From a virus (taxonomy: Duplodnaviria; Caudoviricetes), in IMG/VR virus record IMGVR_UViG_3300031857_000159, positions 1 through 63,865 of that record: 63,865 nt of DNA. One strand, given 5' to 3'. Positions 48,497-56,833 of the stretch are shown one piece after another; within the stretch, counting starts at the first letter, position 1; every line of letters begins with the position of its first letter. The translations under genes and the position numbers were made by a program. The notes below the pieces were generated by a model. That model worked only from the letters and a program-made list of their open reading frames with translations, was not told where the DNA came from and did no database searches.

Positions 48497-48524
48497 ATAA
48501 AGAATAATCTTATAGTTATTTCAA

Positions 48525-48665
48525 TTATGGTAATTTATTAGGGTTTTCGTTTAGTTTAGCTTTTATAATTTTAATGTAAAGATTGTAGTTAAATTGTTGA
48601 CGTACTGAATTTTCAGTCTTTTCGCTCCAAAATTGGAGGCAACTCATAAGATTAAATTGTTTCAT
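48525..48665 (-). CDS. small 46-aa protein (MKQFNLMSCLQFW...); not in ORF track
   Basis: fills gap in the - strand operon, A-rich leader. Confidence 0.5.
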   Translation of the reverse strand: MKQFNLMSCLQFWSEKTENSVRQQFNYNLYIKIIKAKLNENPNKLP

Positions 48666-48676
48666 ATTTATTTGTT

Positions 48677-49201
48677 TTATTTAGTCCAATCAAATTTTAA
48701 ATAATTAAAAGATAACAAATGGTATTGAAAAAATTTTTCGTGATGTTTGTCTGGTATATAAGTTTTGTGTCTAAGCTTAATTGATTTTATAGGAACAACA
48801 AACTCTTCAGGCTTTAAATTTTCTTCCGTAGTCAAATACCATGTAAAGTCTAAGGGATTTAATAATTCTTTACTTAATTTAAAGTTTACAGTTTTATCTG
48901 CAAGCTCAAACTGAATAACTCTTAAATCATCATAATCATAATTGTTTATGGTTTGAAATCCTAACGCAATTACTTTTACGTTATAGTCTACATCATACTT
49001 AACAACTAACCAAACGAACAATGTATCTTCTATATCGTTCTGATTAATGAATCCACTTAACATTTTTGATGTAAAATAAACTCCATCTTCGTAAACAGAA
49101 TCAATAGTTTCAAATTTTTCGTACAAATCTGTAATTGGACCCTCTTGAGCGCTAATTGTAAGCCCTGCAAACAATAAAGCTGTTGTGATTAATTTTTTCA
49201 T
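48677..49201 (-). CDS. exported protein with Sec signal peptide
   Basis: MKKLITTALLFAGLTISA/Q (Bacteroidota-type Q after cleavage site); ECF-type promoter upstream. Confidence 0.75.
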   Translation of the reverse strand: MKKLITTALLFAGLTISAQEGPITDLYEKFETIDSVYEDGVYFTSKMLSGFINQNDIEDTLFVWLVVKYDVDYNVKVIALGFQTINNYDYDDLRVIQFELADKTVNFKLSKELLNPLDFTWYLTTEENLKPEEFVVPIKSIKLRHKTYIPDKHHEKFFQYHLLSFNYLKFDWTK

Positions 49202-49204
49202 GAT

Positions 49205-49255
49205 TGATAGTTTTTATATAACCTTTAACGTAGTAATTTGTATAAAGTTACAAAT
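49205..49255 (-). promoter_or_regulatory. ECF-sigma-like promoter TGTAAC-N16-CGTTA with palindrome and AACTATCA leader
   Basis: copy 2 of the motif set. Confidence 0.65.
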
Positions 49256-49276
49256 AATTTTATAAAAAAATAATTT

Positions 49277-50614
49277 TTATTTGTAATAATTCATATAAGG
49301 TTGATAATCAGTAAATTTAGTTTTTTCATGCTCAAACGTTAACATTACATCTGCCAGTGGTCCGTTACGATGTTTGGCGATAATAAACATTGCCATTCCT
49401 GAAGTAGAGTTTCCTTTTTCGTCTTGCATTATACCATAATATTCAGGGCGATATAAAAACGAAACAACGTCTGCATCCATTTCTATACTGCCACTTTCGC
49501 GCAAATCAGAAAGCATAGGTCTTTTATCTTGTCTTGATTCAACGGCTCTACTTAATTGTGATAGCGCTATAACAGGCACTTTTAATTCTTTTGCAATATT
49601 TTTTAAAGACCTTGAAATTATACCTATTTCTTGTTCTCTATTACCTTTGTGATCAGGAACAGTTATTAATTGCAAATAATCAACTACAATTAGCCCTAAA
49701 TTCTTTTCTCTTTTAAGTTTACGGCATTTATTTTTTAAATCAAATATTGATATTCCTGCTGTATCATCAATGAATATAGGGGCTCCAATAAGTCCTGCGC
49801 AATTATTAGTCAATTGGGTCATTTCATATTCATTTAATCCTGTTCTTAAAATTTTCTCAACAGGAATACCGCTTTGCTGTGATTGCATTCGTGCATAAAA
49901 TTGTGATGTTGACATTTCAAGAGTGAATAAAGCAACTGATTTTCCTTGAGTAATCGCAGGATTTGTAACAAGTTGTGCCGCTAATGAAGATTTTCCCATT
50001 CCCGGACGTGCAGCAAGTATAACCAAATCAGGCTCCTGCCACCCTGCTGTAATTTTATCAATACCATTAAATCCAGAAGTAACTCCTAATTTTCCACCAT
50101 TCTCCAATATTAACTTGTTTCTCTCAATCATATTTGCATAAATTTCACGAGAAGACGCTATATTGTTTCCTGTTAAGTTAGTAGTTATTTCTGTTAAATT
50201 CTTTTCGTATTTATCAATTAAGTCAGCTATTTTACATTGAGGATTATAGGCTTCAGTAAGTGTAGAGGATGCTATATTTATAACGTCACGCAACATCTTT
50301 TTTTCAACTAATATATCGCAATGTTTTTCAATATTGTCGTGTGATAATACGTTGTCTGTTAGTTTTGTTATAAAATACGCTCCGCCAATGGAATCTAAAT
50401 ACTTGTTATCTTTTAGCGCTTGAATAACAGTAACGTATTCAATAGGCTTTTTTGTATCGTATAACCACTTACAGCATTTGAATATAATGGCGTGTGAAGG
50501 GTGATAAAAATGTTCGTGAGTAAGCCTATTAACTACTTCGTCTATTGCTTTCGGAAAGTAAAGTATTTGCCCTAAAACTATGGCTTCTATATCTGTTGCT
50601 TGAGGTATGTTCAT
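49277..50614 (-). CDS. dnaB: replicative DNA helicase
   Basis: AARPGMGKS, FTLEMS, VDYLQL, LSQLSR, DLRESGSIE.DAD and AKHRNG motifs. Confidence 0.95.
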   Translation of the reverse strand: MNIPQATDIEAIVLGQILYFPKAIDEVVNRLTHEHFYHPSHAIIFKCCKWLYDTKKPIEYVTVIQALKDNKYLDSIGGAYFITKLTDNVLSHDNIEKHCDILVEKKMLRDVINIASSTLTEAYNPQCKIADLIDKYEKNLTEITTNLTGNNIASSREIYANMIERNKLILENGGKLGVTSGFNGIDKITAGWQEPDLVILAARPGMGKSSLAAQLVTNPAITQGKSVALFTLEMSTSQFYARMQSQQSGIPVEKILRTGLNEYEMTQLTNNCAGLIGAPIFIDDTAGISIFDLKNKCRKLKREKNLGLIVVDYLQLITVPDHKGNREQEIGIISRSLKNIAKELKVPVIALSQLSRAVESRQDKRPMLSDLRESGSIEMDADVVSFLYRPEYYGIMQDEKGNSTSGMAMFIIAKHRNGPLADVMLTFEHEKTKFTDYQPYMNYYK

Positions 50615-51129
50615 CGTTTGTATATTTTAGGCTCAAATGATATTCCTGTTGATTGATTAACTATTTTATGTTCTTCTTTCATCCAATTAGCAATCATTTT
50701 TTGTTTCCAATTAATAACTTTATCGCCGTTACGATCTTTCCAATCAGCCACCGAATAATACTCAAACGCTTTTTTGGCTTGAATATCTGAATACCCTTTT
50801 TCCTTGAAATATGAAACGACTTGTTCCTGCGTTGGCGGTATAAATTCATTTTTACTTTTTTTACGTTTAGGTTTCTTAAAAAAGTTTAACCATTTGTCAG
50901 TAGGTTGATTTTCAATTAATAGTCCTTTTTCTCTTAACAAAGATATGTAAGGAACTATCTTATCAAATTCAATAGCAATATATTCAATAGATTTATCTGC
51001 TGGATTCTCATTTTTTTCAAAACATAAATTCATAAAATCCATTACAACGTATTGCTGAAGAGATAAATCTAAATCAACTCTTACTGAATGATTAATCGTT
51101 GTTACTCCCGTTATCTTTATCATTATCAA
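50611..51129 (-). CDS. replication initiator-like protein
   Basis: FIPPT..V..YF..YY...WK...NWK motif; coupled to dnaB. Confidence 0.65.
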   Translation of the reverse strand: MIMIKITGVTTINHSVRVDLDLSLQQYVVMDFMNLCFEKNENPADKSIEYIAIEFDKIVPYISLLREKGLLIENQPTDKWLNFFKKPKRKKSKNEFIPPTQEQVVSYFKEKGYSDIQAKKAFEYYSVADWKDRNGDKVINWKQKMIANWMKEEHKIVNQSTGISFEPKIYKR

Positions 51130-51253
51130 ATACGCTTACAAATATTACAAAAAACCACATGAATAACCACATTGAACTCCCTGTCATTATTGATACAACA
51201 ACAGGTAGATAAAGTGTTGTGAGTAGAAAAAATGCTTTAATTATATTAATCAT
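51092..51253 (-). CDS. 53-aa two-TM membrane protein; not in ORF track
   Basis: MINIIKAFFLLTTLYLPVVVSIMTGSSMWLFMWFFVIFVSVF...; ATGA overlap with 51250 stop. Confidence 0.55.
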   Translation of the reverse strand: MINIIKAFFLLTTLYLPVVVSIMTGSSMWLFMWFFVIFVSVFDNDKDNGSNND

Positions 51254-51624
51254 GGCTTTATTAAATTAAGTTTTTTAACATCATCCTTAGTAGCTAATTT
51301 GATTTTCTTTTTCTTGGTGTAGTCTTCTTGATTTTTATTAGCTAAAAGATATTGAGCTACTTCTGCCATGCAATTAACTACTTCAAGTTTTAACTTACGC
51401 ATTTTTTCTATTCTGTCGCGTTTTTCTTTTTTCTGTTTTTCGTTATAAACATTAGAAAGTTTAATGGCTTCCATGTTATCGTTTAATACTTGATCTACAA
51501 TCATGAATGCAGCCAAATTGTGCTCGTTTGTTTGGTCGTATGATATTTCATAGCCTTGCAATGTTAAAGTCATTTTAAATCCAATTTGACTTTCAATTTT
51601 GAGTGATTTTTCTTCTTGTTTCAT
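51250..51624 (-). CDS. hypothetical protein
   Basis: coupled operon ORF. Confidence 0.7.
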   Translation of the reverse strand: MKQEEKSLKIESQIGFKMTLTLQGYEISYDQTNEHNLAAFMIVDQVLNDNMEAIKLSNVYNEKQKKEKRDRIEKMRKLKLEVVNCMAEVAQYLLANKNQEDYTKKKKIKLATKDDVKKLNLIKP

Positions 51625-51971
51625 TTTGTTCCGGGAAATAATAATTTTAATTTTTTTAAACTTTGTTCTTCGTTAAATTCTTTTACAGCAAATTTTATTT
51701 TACCGTTCTCGTCAATTTCAGGACTACCAATTGTTAAGTTGATAAACACTCCGTAACGAGTTGCAAGCCAAATAATCTGATCTTCTCTTAATGAGCCTTT
51801 CATATCGCCGTGCTTTAAATATCTGCTAATCATATCAACAGGTAATTTATACCCTCTTAAAGCTGCATCGTTTATAACGTCTTGTTGCGTTAATTTAAGT
51901 ATATTAATCCTATCAATTATCGCCTGTCTTATTTTTTGGTTAGTCTTAATAACCGAATATTTTCTACCCAT
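51621..51971 (-). CDS. putative XRE-like HTH protein
   Basis: LKLTQQDVI...ISRYLKHG motif. Confidence 0.5.
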   Translation of the reverse strand: MGRKYSVIKTNQKIRQAIIDRINILKLTQQDVINDAALRGYKLPVDMISRYLKHGDMKGSLREDQIIWLATRYGVFINLTIGSPEIDENGKIKFAVKEFNEEQSLKKLKLLFPGTK

Positions 51972-52254
51972 TTTCTCGTTCCTCCAAAATTTTATCTATG
52001 TTATCAATCATGTAGTTAAATTGCTTATCAACTTGTTCTGAAGTTAATGGCGATGTAAATAGCAAGGAAAATATAATTTCTCCCCTTACTGCGTGTTCTA
52101 TTGATGCAAAAGAATAAACATCGCCGAACGATTTTGTTTTTGCGACTGAATCGGAATAACACATTACCTTAGCAATATATTCTTCTCCGTCTTTATCTTT
52201 TACTCTTTGGATTTTTGCCATTTCAGGCTCTTTCCCTTCAATGTTTAGTTTCAT
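51964..52254 (-). CDS. hypothetical protein
   Basis: coupled operon ORF. Confidence 0.65.
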   Translation of the reverse strand: MKLNIEGKEPEMAKIQRVKDKDGEEYIAKVMCYSDSVAKTKSFGDVYSFASIEHAVRGEIIFSLLFTSPLTSEQVDKQFNYMIDNIDKILEERENG

Positions 52255-52451
52255 AATTTATTCACTAAGTTTGTTAATTTTACAAATTCACTTCTTTCTA
52301 CTTCAAACTGACTAATTACTTTTTCGTCTTTATCTAATCCGCTTATTACAACGCTTTTTTCGTTAAGATAAAAACATATTTCTTCTATTCTTTCATCGTA
52401 TAATATAGCGTATTCAGTAGCCTTTAATCTTAATTCAACTTCCATTTTCAC
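52251..52451 (-). CDS. hypothetical protein
   Basis: coupled operon ORF. Confidence 0.6.
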   Translation of the reverse strand: MKMEVELRLKATEYAILYDERIEEICFYLNEKSVVISGLDKDEKVISQFEVERSEFVKLTNLVNKL

Positions 52452-52890
52452 TTAATTTTAAATAATAATCTTCTGGCGACAATACTTCTATTCCAAATTC
52501 AACAGCTAACCATGCCAATACTTTTTCTATGAATTTACTCATATCTTCCTTAGATAAAGATGAAGTACTCGTAACCTCTAATTTGTCCCAACGTATATTT
52601 TTCAGTCTAATAGGTTTAATGTAAGATAAAAACATTGGAGCTATAACATCTTCATGAATATCATCCGCTTTATTAAAATGGCTAAACGATTCGTGCTGAT
52701 GAGCTGTTTGCAATATAGCTCCCCTGTAATATGCGTGTTGGTCAGTAGAAACTTTCTTATATCTTTTTTTAATAATCTCTTCAAACTCTTGACCTTCTAA
52801 TGATTCAAGTTGTTTCTTATACAATTCGGTATTGTAGTAAATCTTTTTACCATTCTGTATCTTTCCATAATGTCTTACTATTAAACTCAT
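52435..52890 (-). CDS. NinB/Orf-like recombination protein
   Basis: S.DQHAYY.G and STSSLSKEDMSKFIEKV motifs. Confidence 0.65.
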   Translation of the reverse strand: MSLIVRHYGKIQNGKKIYYNTELYKKQLESLEGQEFEEIIKKRYKKVSTDQHAYYRGAILQTAHQHESFSHFNKADDIHEDVIAPMFLSYIKPIRLKNIRWDKLEVTSTSSLSKEDMSKFIEKVLAWLAVEFGIEVLSPEDYYLKLSENGS

Positions 52891-53294
52891 ACGTATATTT
52901 CTGATGTTATGTAAGTATAATTCTTTCCTGCTGGCTTGTAGTTTACTATTTTCATAGTGTATTCACCCGTTTCCTTGTTGATAATCTTTTGTATGAATAT
53001 ACAAACCTTTTTACCTATCACATCGTTTCTGCTAAAAGCAATATCTTTTTTAAGAACTCCCAATATAGCAAGTAACTTTTTAAAAGTTTTATATTCAAAC
53101 TGATCCCCAATACGGAATGCTTTTTCAAAAATATTACCGTTACAATTAAAAGAAAAAACTACACAAGGCGAAGCAAGGTATGTTATTAAATCTCCGTTTG
53201 CATCTTTTAAAGCATAAACATTGTCAATAACACATTCGTGAACTCCGTGCGGAATTTCTTCTTTCAATTGCGGTATAGTAACAGATAGTCCCAT
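52887..53294 (-). CDS. OB-fold/DUF669-like ssDNA-binding protein (putative)
   Basis: IPHGVHECVIDNV and VIGKKV motifs. Confidence 0.4.
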   Translation of the reverse strand: MGLSVTIPQLKEEIPHGVHECVIDNVYALKDANGDLITYLASPCVVFSFNCNGNIFEKAFRIGDQFEYKTFKKLLAILGVLKKDIAFSRNDVIGKKVCIFIQKIINKETGEYTMKIVNYKPAGKNYTYITSEIYV

Positions 53295-53296
53295 GT

Positions 53297-54091
53297 TTAG
53301 AACGGCGCACCTTGATTATCGTCAATAAAAATACCTGTCTGTGGAGCGTTCATTTGAGGAGGAGCCTGTTGCTGAAATACATTATTTTGTTGGAAAGGTA
53401 CCTGTTGTTGAACAGGAGCTTGCTGTTGTACTGGTTGCGTAAAAACAGGTTGTTGATATTGTGGAGGCTGAAACGTTTGAACAGGCTGTTGAGGCATTGC
53501 TTGACCAACTTGTGGTTCAGGACCAAACTTAGTAATAATGTTTTGCCAATCTTGTGATTCTCTGATTTTCTTCTGAACGTATTGCCATAAAGAATGAAAT
53601 TGTTGCCATGAAAACTTATCTAAATCGAATAAGAACGGCGCGTTTTTAGGTTGACCATAATTACTTGTCGGAGGCATAATCATTGTTCCTGATGCAGCTA
53701 TGTTAGCGTAGGTAATATCGTCCTTTTGAGTGTGAACAACCATTACTTGACATGACTGCCCTAAGTATGCAGGTAAGTCTTTTGCTAAATCAATTTTAGC
53801 TACCCCTCTCCATTGTTTAAGCATCTTGCAAAGGTTAGCCTTTTCATCTGAATAGAAATTGTAATCTTGCATAATAGATAATCTTTGAGGTCCTCTTGTT
53901 TCGTCAAATACCTGTTCAGGTAATGTTGGAAACTCGAAGCAGAACTTTACTTTAGGCTTACTGCTTACGTTGCCTTTGAAATTTTCTTGATGCGTACCCA
54001 TATCAATTATTGCATAGCAAATTGCTGGGTGTAATCCTGCTGGAGGAATTGGCTTTTGGGTTCTTTGACCCTGTGGTGTTGATAGTCCCAT
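53297..54091 (-). CDS. single-stranded DNA-binding/replication protein
   Basis: PAG.HPA.C..IIDMGT motif; Q/P-rich linker; acidic DD..APF tail. Confidence 0.7.
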   Translation of the reverse strand: MGLSTPQGQRTQKPIPPAGLHPAICYAIIDMGTHQENFKGNVSSKPKVKFCFEFPTLPEQVFDETRGPQRLSIMQDYNFYSDEKANLCKMLKQWRGVAKIDLAKDLPAYLGQSCQVMVVHTQKDDITYANIAASGTMIMPPTSNYGQPKNAPFLFDLDKFSWQQFHSLWQYVQKKIRESQDWQNIITKFGPEPQVGQAMPQQPVQTFQPPQYQQPVFTQPVQQQAPVQQQVPFQQNNVFQQQAPPQMNAPQTGIFIDDNQGAPF

Positions 54092-54115
54092 CTTGTTTTT
54101 GTTTTTGTTTGTTTA

Positions 54116-54409
54116 TTAATAAATTAATTTATCCGTCTTTAACTCTTGTTTCCTTTTGTAATTAGTTAGTTTCTTAGTAATTCTCTTTCTCAATAACGTT
54201 GCTGACTTTCTCATCTTAGCATTGCTTTTAAATTCAAATCTGCCTAAACCTTTAACTGTTATTGATACTGCTGAAACATCTGACTTTTTCCTTTTAAACC
54301 TATCAGATATTCCCGTCCAAAAAGGATACAGCATAAAATATAATTCTTTGCGTGTGTATTGCGGAAACATACTGATAAGTTTGTCGGGAACTTGTTTGTC
54401 TTTTGCCAT
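54116..54409 (-). CDS. HU/IHF-like basic protein
   Basis: SITVKGLGRFEFK motif. Confidence 0.5.
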   Translation of the reverse strand: MAKDKQVPDKLISMFPQYTRKELYFMLYPFWTGISDRFKRKKSDVSAVSITVKGLGRFEFKSNAKMRKSATLLRKRITKKLTNYKRKQELKTDKLIY

Positions 54410-55008
54410 TACTTAGTAACTACTGATACTTCTTTGTAAAACTTAATACCTGCAATAATATCACCATCGTTAAGTGATTCTTTGTTAGCCTTAATCCATT
54501 CACGAACTTTTGCCTCGTCAACCATTAAGAATTGAACAGGAACTCTGCTAAGGTCAACAACATCAAATTTCCAATTGTGTCTGATGTTAGATGCTTTTTG
54601 TGATTCTAACATAGCTAACTCATGGTTAATGCTGTCTTCAAATAAACTGTTAGCTGGAGCTTGCTGTTTAAGTTCTTGCTCTCTTCTTAGTAATTCTAAG
54701 TTCCATTCCTTAATTTGATTTTTAAGGTACTGAATAGAATTGTTAAGAGGTTCAGATAAATCTTTAGCAACTGCATCAACTTTTTTACCTGCATCAAGGT
54801 AAGGCTTTTTAAGTTCTGTCCTTTTCTCTTCAATCAGTTTTAAGTGATTGTTTACTGCGGATAACTTTTGATTTGCAATAGCTAAAGATACATCGTCTGT
54901 AACTTTAATTTGTAACGCTTCTTCAGATAACTGAATGAATACGTCTTTTGTAGATTGTAGTTTACTCCATTCTAAATCTACTCTGTCGGTTGTTGTGATT
55001 GTGTTCAT
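54409..55008 (-). CDS. coiled-coil protein (Gp157/Gam-like)
   Basis: EEKR..LKKPYLD and WKFDVVD.SRVP..FL.VDE..V...I.GI.FY motifs. Confidence 0.55.
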   Translation of the reverse strand: MNTITTTDRVDLEWSKLQSTKDVFIQLSEEALQIKVTDDVSLAIANQKLSAVNNHLKLIEEKRTELKKPYLDAGKKVDAVAKDLSEPLNNSIQYLKNQIKEWNLELLRREQELKQQAPANSLFEDSINHELAMLESQKASNIRHNWKFDVVDLSRVPVQFLMVDEAKVREWIKANKESLNDGDIIAGIKFYKEVSVVTK

Positions 55009-55011
55009 GAC

Positions 55012-55059
55012 TGATAGTTTTTATATGTATAACGTAAAAATTTGTACAATGTTACAAAA
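55012..55059 (-). promoter_or_regulatory. ECF-sigma-like promoter TGTAAC-N16-CGTTA with palindrome and AACTATCA leader
   Basis: copy 3; an extra TTGTA-N6-TACAA lies at 55085-55100. Confidence 0.65.
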
Positions 55060-55100
55060 TTAATAATCAATTTGCAAATTATTTTTGTAAAATCTTACAA

Positions 55101-55559
55101 TTATTTTTTCTTACTAAACTTTTTCTTTGCTTCCGACTTAACTTTATCAAGACTGTTTAGTTCTCTTTTGTAGTTCTCGTTCAGTCTTTTTTGTTCGTTC
55201 TGTAACTTTGCTTCGCGGTCTTTAACACGTTTGCTGATGGTTTCAGGCATCAATATAGCTTCGTCAGGCAATACACAGAATAAAGCTACTTCGTGCATAA
55301 TAAAGTAATAGTTACCTTCAAAACGAATAGTTCTGTTTTCAAGGATGTTAAACATTACTTTGCTTCCTACTTTGATACGAGGATCACAATTATCAGCAAC
55401 AGCCATTACTCTACCAATATTATTTTCTTCGGCGCTTTCTGTTAAGATAATTTTTGATACTTCTTTTTCTTCTTTGATTTTTTCTAAAATCACTGACTTG
55501 TTTAGTGGAATCGGAAATCCTGCCGGAACATCGAATCCTTTTTTTGTTGTTTTACTCAT
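55101..55559 (-). CDS. groES: co-chaperonin GroES-like protein with basic C-terminal extension
   Basis: PLNKSVIL..IIL..A....GRVMAV....IKVG.KV.F motif. Confidence 0.75.
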   Translation of the reverse strand: MSKTTKKGFDVPAGFPIPLNKSVILEKIKEEKEVSKIILTESAEENNIGRVMAVADNCDPRIKVGSKVMFNILENRTIRFEGNYYFIMHEVALFCVLPDEAILMPETISKRVKDREAKLQNEQKRLNENYKRELNSLDKVKSEAKKKFSKKK

Positions 55560-55824
55560 GTTTATTTGTTTTATATGTTTTCCATTCTCCCATTATTGTG
55601 TCTGCTATTGTATATGCTACAATTTCTTTTTCTTTGTTATAAAAATTAATCCTGTATGACCCGTAGTTATCAGAAGTAAATAATCCCATTTCAACATCAA
55701 GTTTTAAATCATTTCCAAATTCAAGAATAATGTAATTTTCAATAATTTCTTTTAATGTTTTTACAAAATCTTTTTGTCTATTTTTCCAGTAATTATCTAA
55801 CGTAGTAGTTGTTGTGTAGTTCAT
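55552..55824 (-). CDS. hypothetical protein
   Basis: coupled operon ORF. Confidence 0.6.
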   Translation of the reverse strand: MNYTTTTTLDNYWKNRQKDFVKTLKEIIENYIILEFGNDLKLDVEMGLFTSDNYGSYRINFYNKEKEIVAYTIADTIMGEWKTYKTNKHE

Positions 55825-56027
55825 TTTCTTAAATCTATAAAGTAATTAGTTCTAACATTCATTAATTCATTTTTTACTCCGTGCCAATAAGGAACTTTGT
55901 TTTGTTTACAATTTTCCATTATTTTTTCTACTGATAAAATAGAACATTCTTTTGCTAGTTCTAATGTTTTGCAAACTTTTAAATACTGATTAAGTATGTA
56001 ATTTGCTTCGTTTTCTACTGTTTTCAT
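55821..56027 (-). CDS. hypothetical protein (AK.C...V..I...YW..VK.E family)
   Basis: similar to 61412 and 61645. Confidence 0.6.
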   Translation of the reverse strand: MKTVENEANYILNQYLKVCKTLELAKECSILSVEKIMENCKQNKVPYWHGVKNELMNVRTNYFIDLRK

Positions 56028-56184
56028 GCTCTTTGATTATTAAGTTAACAATATTTTCAGCATCCTTTTTTACATTTACCCAATGTTTATTTGTTTGACT
56101 TGGGTCATGCCACCTATTATCTAATTTTAAATCGTAACATAAATAGTTGTAAACCATTTCAATTAATTTTTGTTTTGTTTTCAT
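55990..56184 (-). CDS. hypothetical protein
   Basis: coupled operon ORF. Confidence 0.55.
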   Translation of the reverse strand: MKTKQKLIEMVYNYLCYDLKLDNRWHDPSQTNKHWVNVKKDAENIVNLIIKEHENSRKRSKLHT

Positions 56185-56185
56185 G

Positions 56186-56398
56186 TTATTTGTTTTTAGT
56201 TGTGTTCATGTTAAACGTGTGATTAAAGCATAGCTTAATATCATTACTGTTGTAATGCTTAATTACGCCAGTATTCTCAAGAGCTACTGCCCAAATAGTA
56301 TTTTCGTGTGGACCATAATCAATAATGAATAAAGCCATTCCGTCCCCGTGAGGCGTTGATACCCACAATATTTGTTTGAACTCATGTATTGTTGTCAT
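56186..56398 (-). CDS. conserved small phage protein
   Basis: V.TP.GDG.A..IIDYG...N..W motif. Confidence 0.65.
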   Translation of the reverse strand: MTTIHEFKQILWVSTPHGDGMALFIIDYGPHENTIWAVALENTGVIKHYNSNDIKLCFNHTFNMNTTKNK

Positions 56399-56697
56399 TT
56401 CTTTTCGCTTAATATCATATCTAACAATACTGCGTAGTTAGCTAAGTCCAATACGCTATCTCTTATGCTCTCATTATTAGGTTCACCTTTATTGTTCAGT
56501 AAAACTCCCAATCTTGCAACCTTAGTAGCTATCAACGATAAACAATTAATTTCAGGGGAAACTCCTACTATTGCTCCTGCTGTTTTAAAGTTACTCAAAC
56601 GGTCTGCGTTGGCATAATCGTTTCCTTTGCTCATCATTACTTCCGCCATTCTGTTAATCATTCTTTCGAAGTGGCGATGCTGTTGTTCTGTTGTCAT
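56395..56697 (-). CDS. nucleotide-modification-associated domain (Nmad1/DUF1599-like)
   Basis: KGNDYA..LSNF..K.ARL..ESI.DS..DLANYA motif. Confidence 0.75.
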   Translation of the reverse strand: MTTEQQHRHFERMINRMAEVMMSKGNDYANADRLSNFKTAGAIVGVSPEINCLSLIATKVARLGVLLNNKGEPNNESIRDSVLDLANYAVLLDMILSEKK

Positions 56698-56831
56698 TTT
56701 GTATTTAGAAATTTATCGTCAATTAATTTTATAATTTTATCAGACTTCTTTTTAGCAAATATTGATGTCTTTGATATTGACTTTGCAATTTTCTTTATTT
56801 GCTCTAATTCTTGATGAGTTATTTTAAACAT
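56694..56831 (-). CDS. small 45-aa basic protein; not in ORF track
   Basis: fills gap, ATGA overlap with next gene. Confidence 0.5.
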   Translation of the reverse strand: MFKITHQELEQIKKIAKSISKTSIFAKKKSDKIIKLIDDKFLNTK

Positions 56832-56833
56832 GA

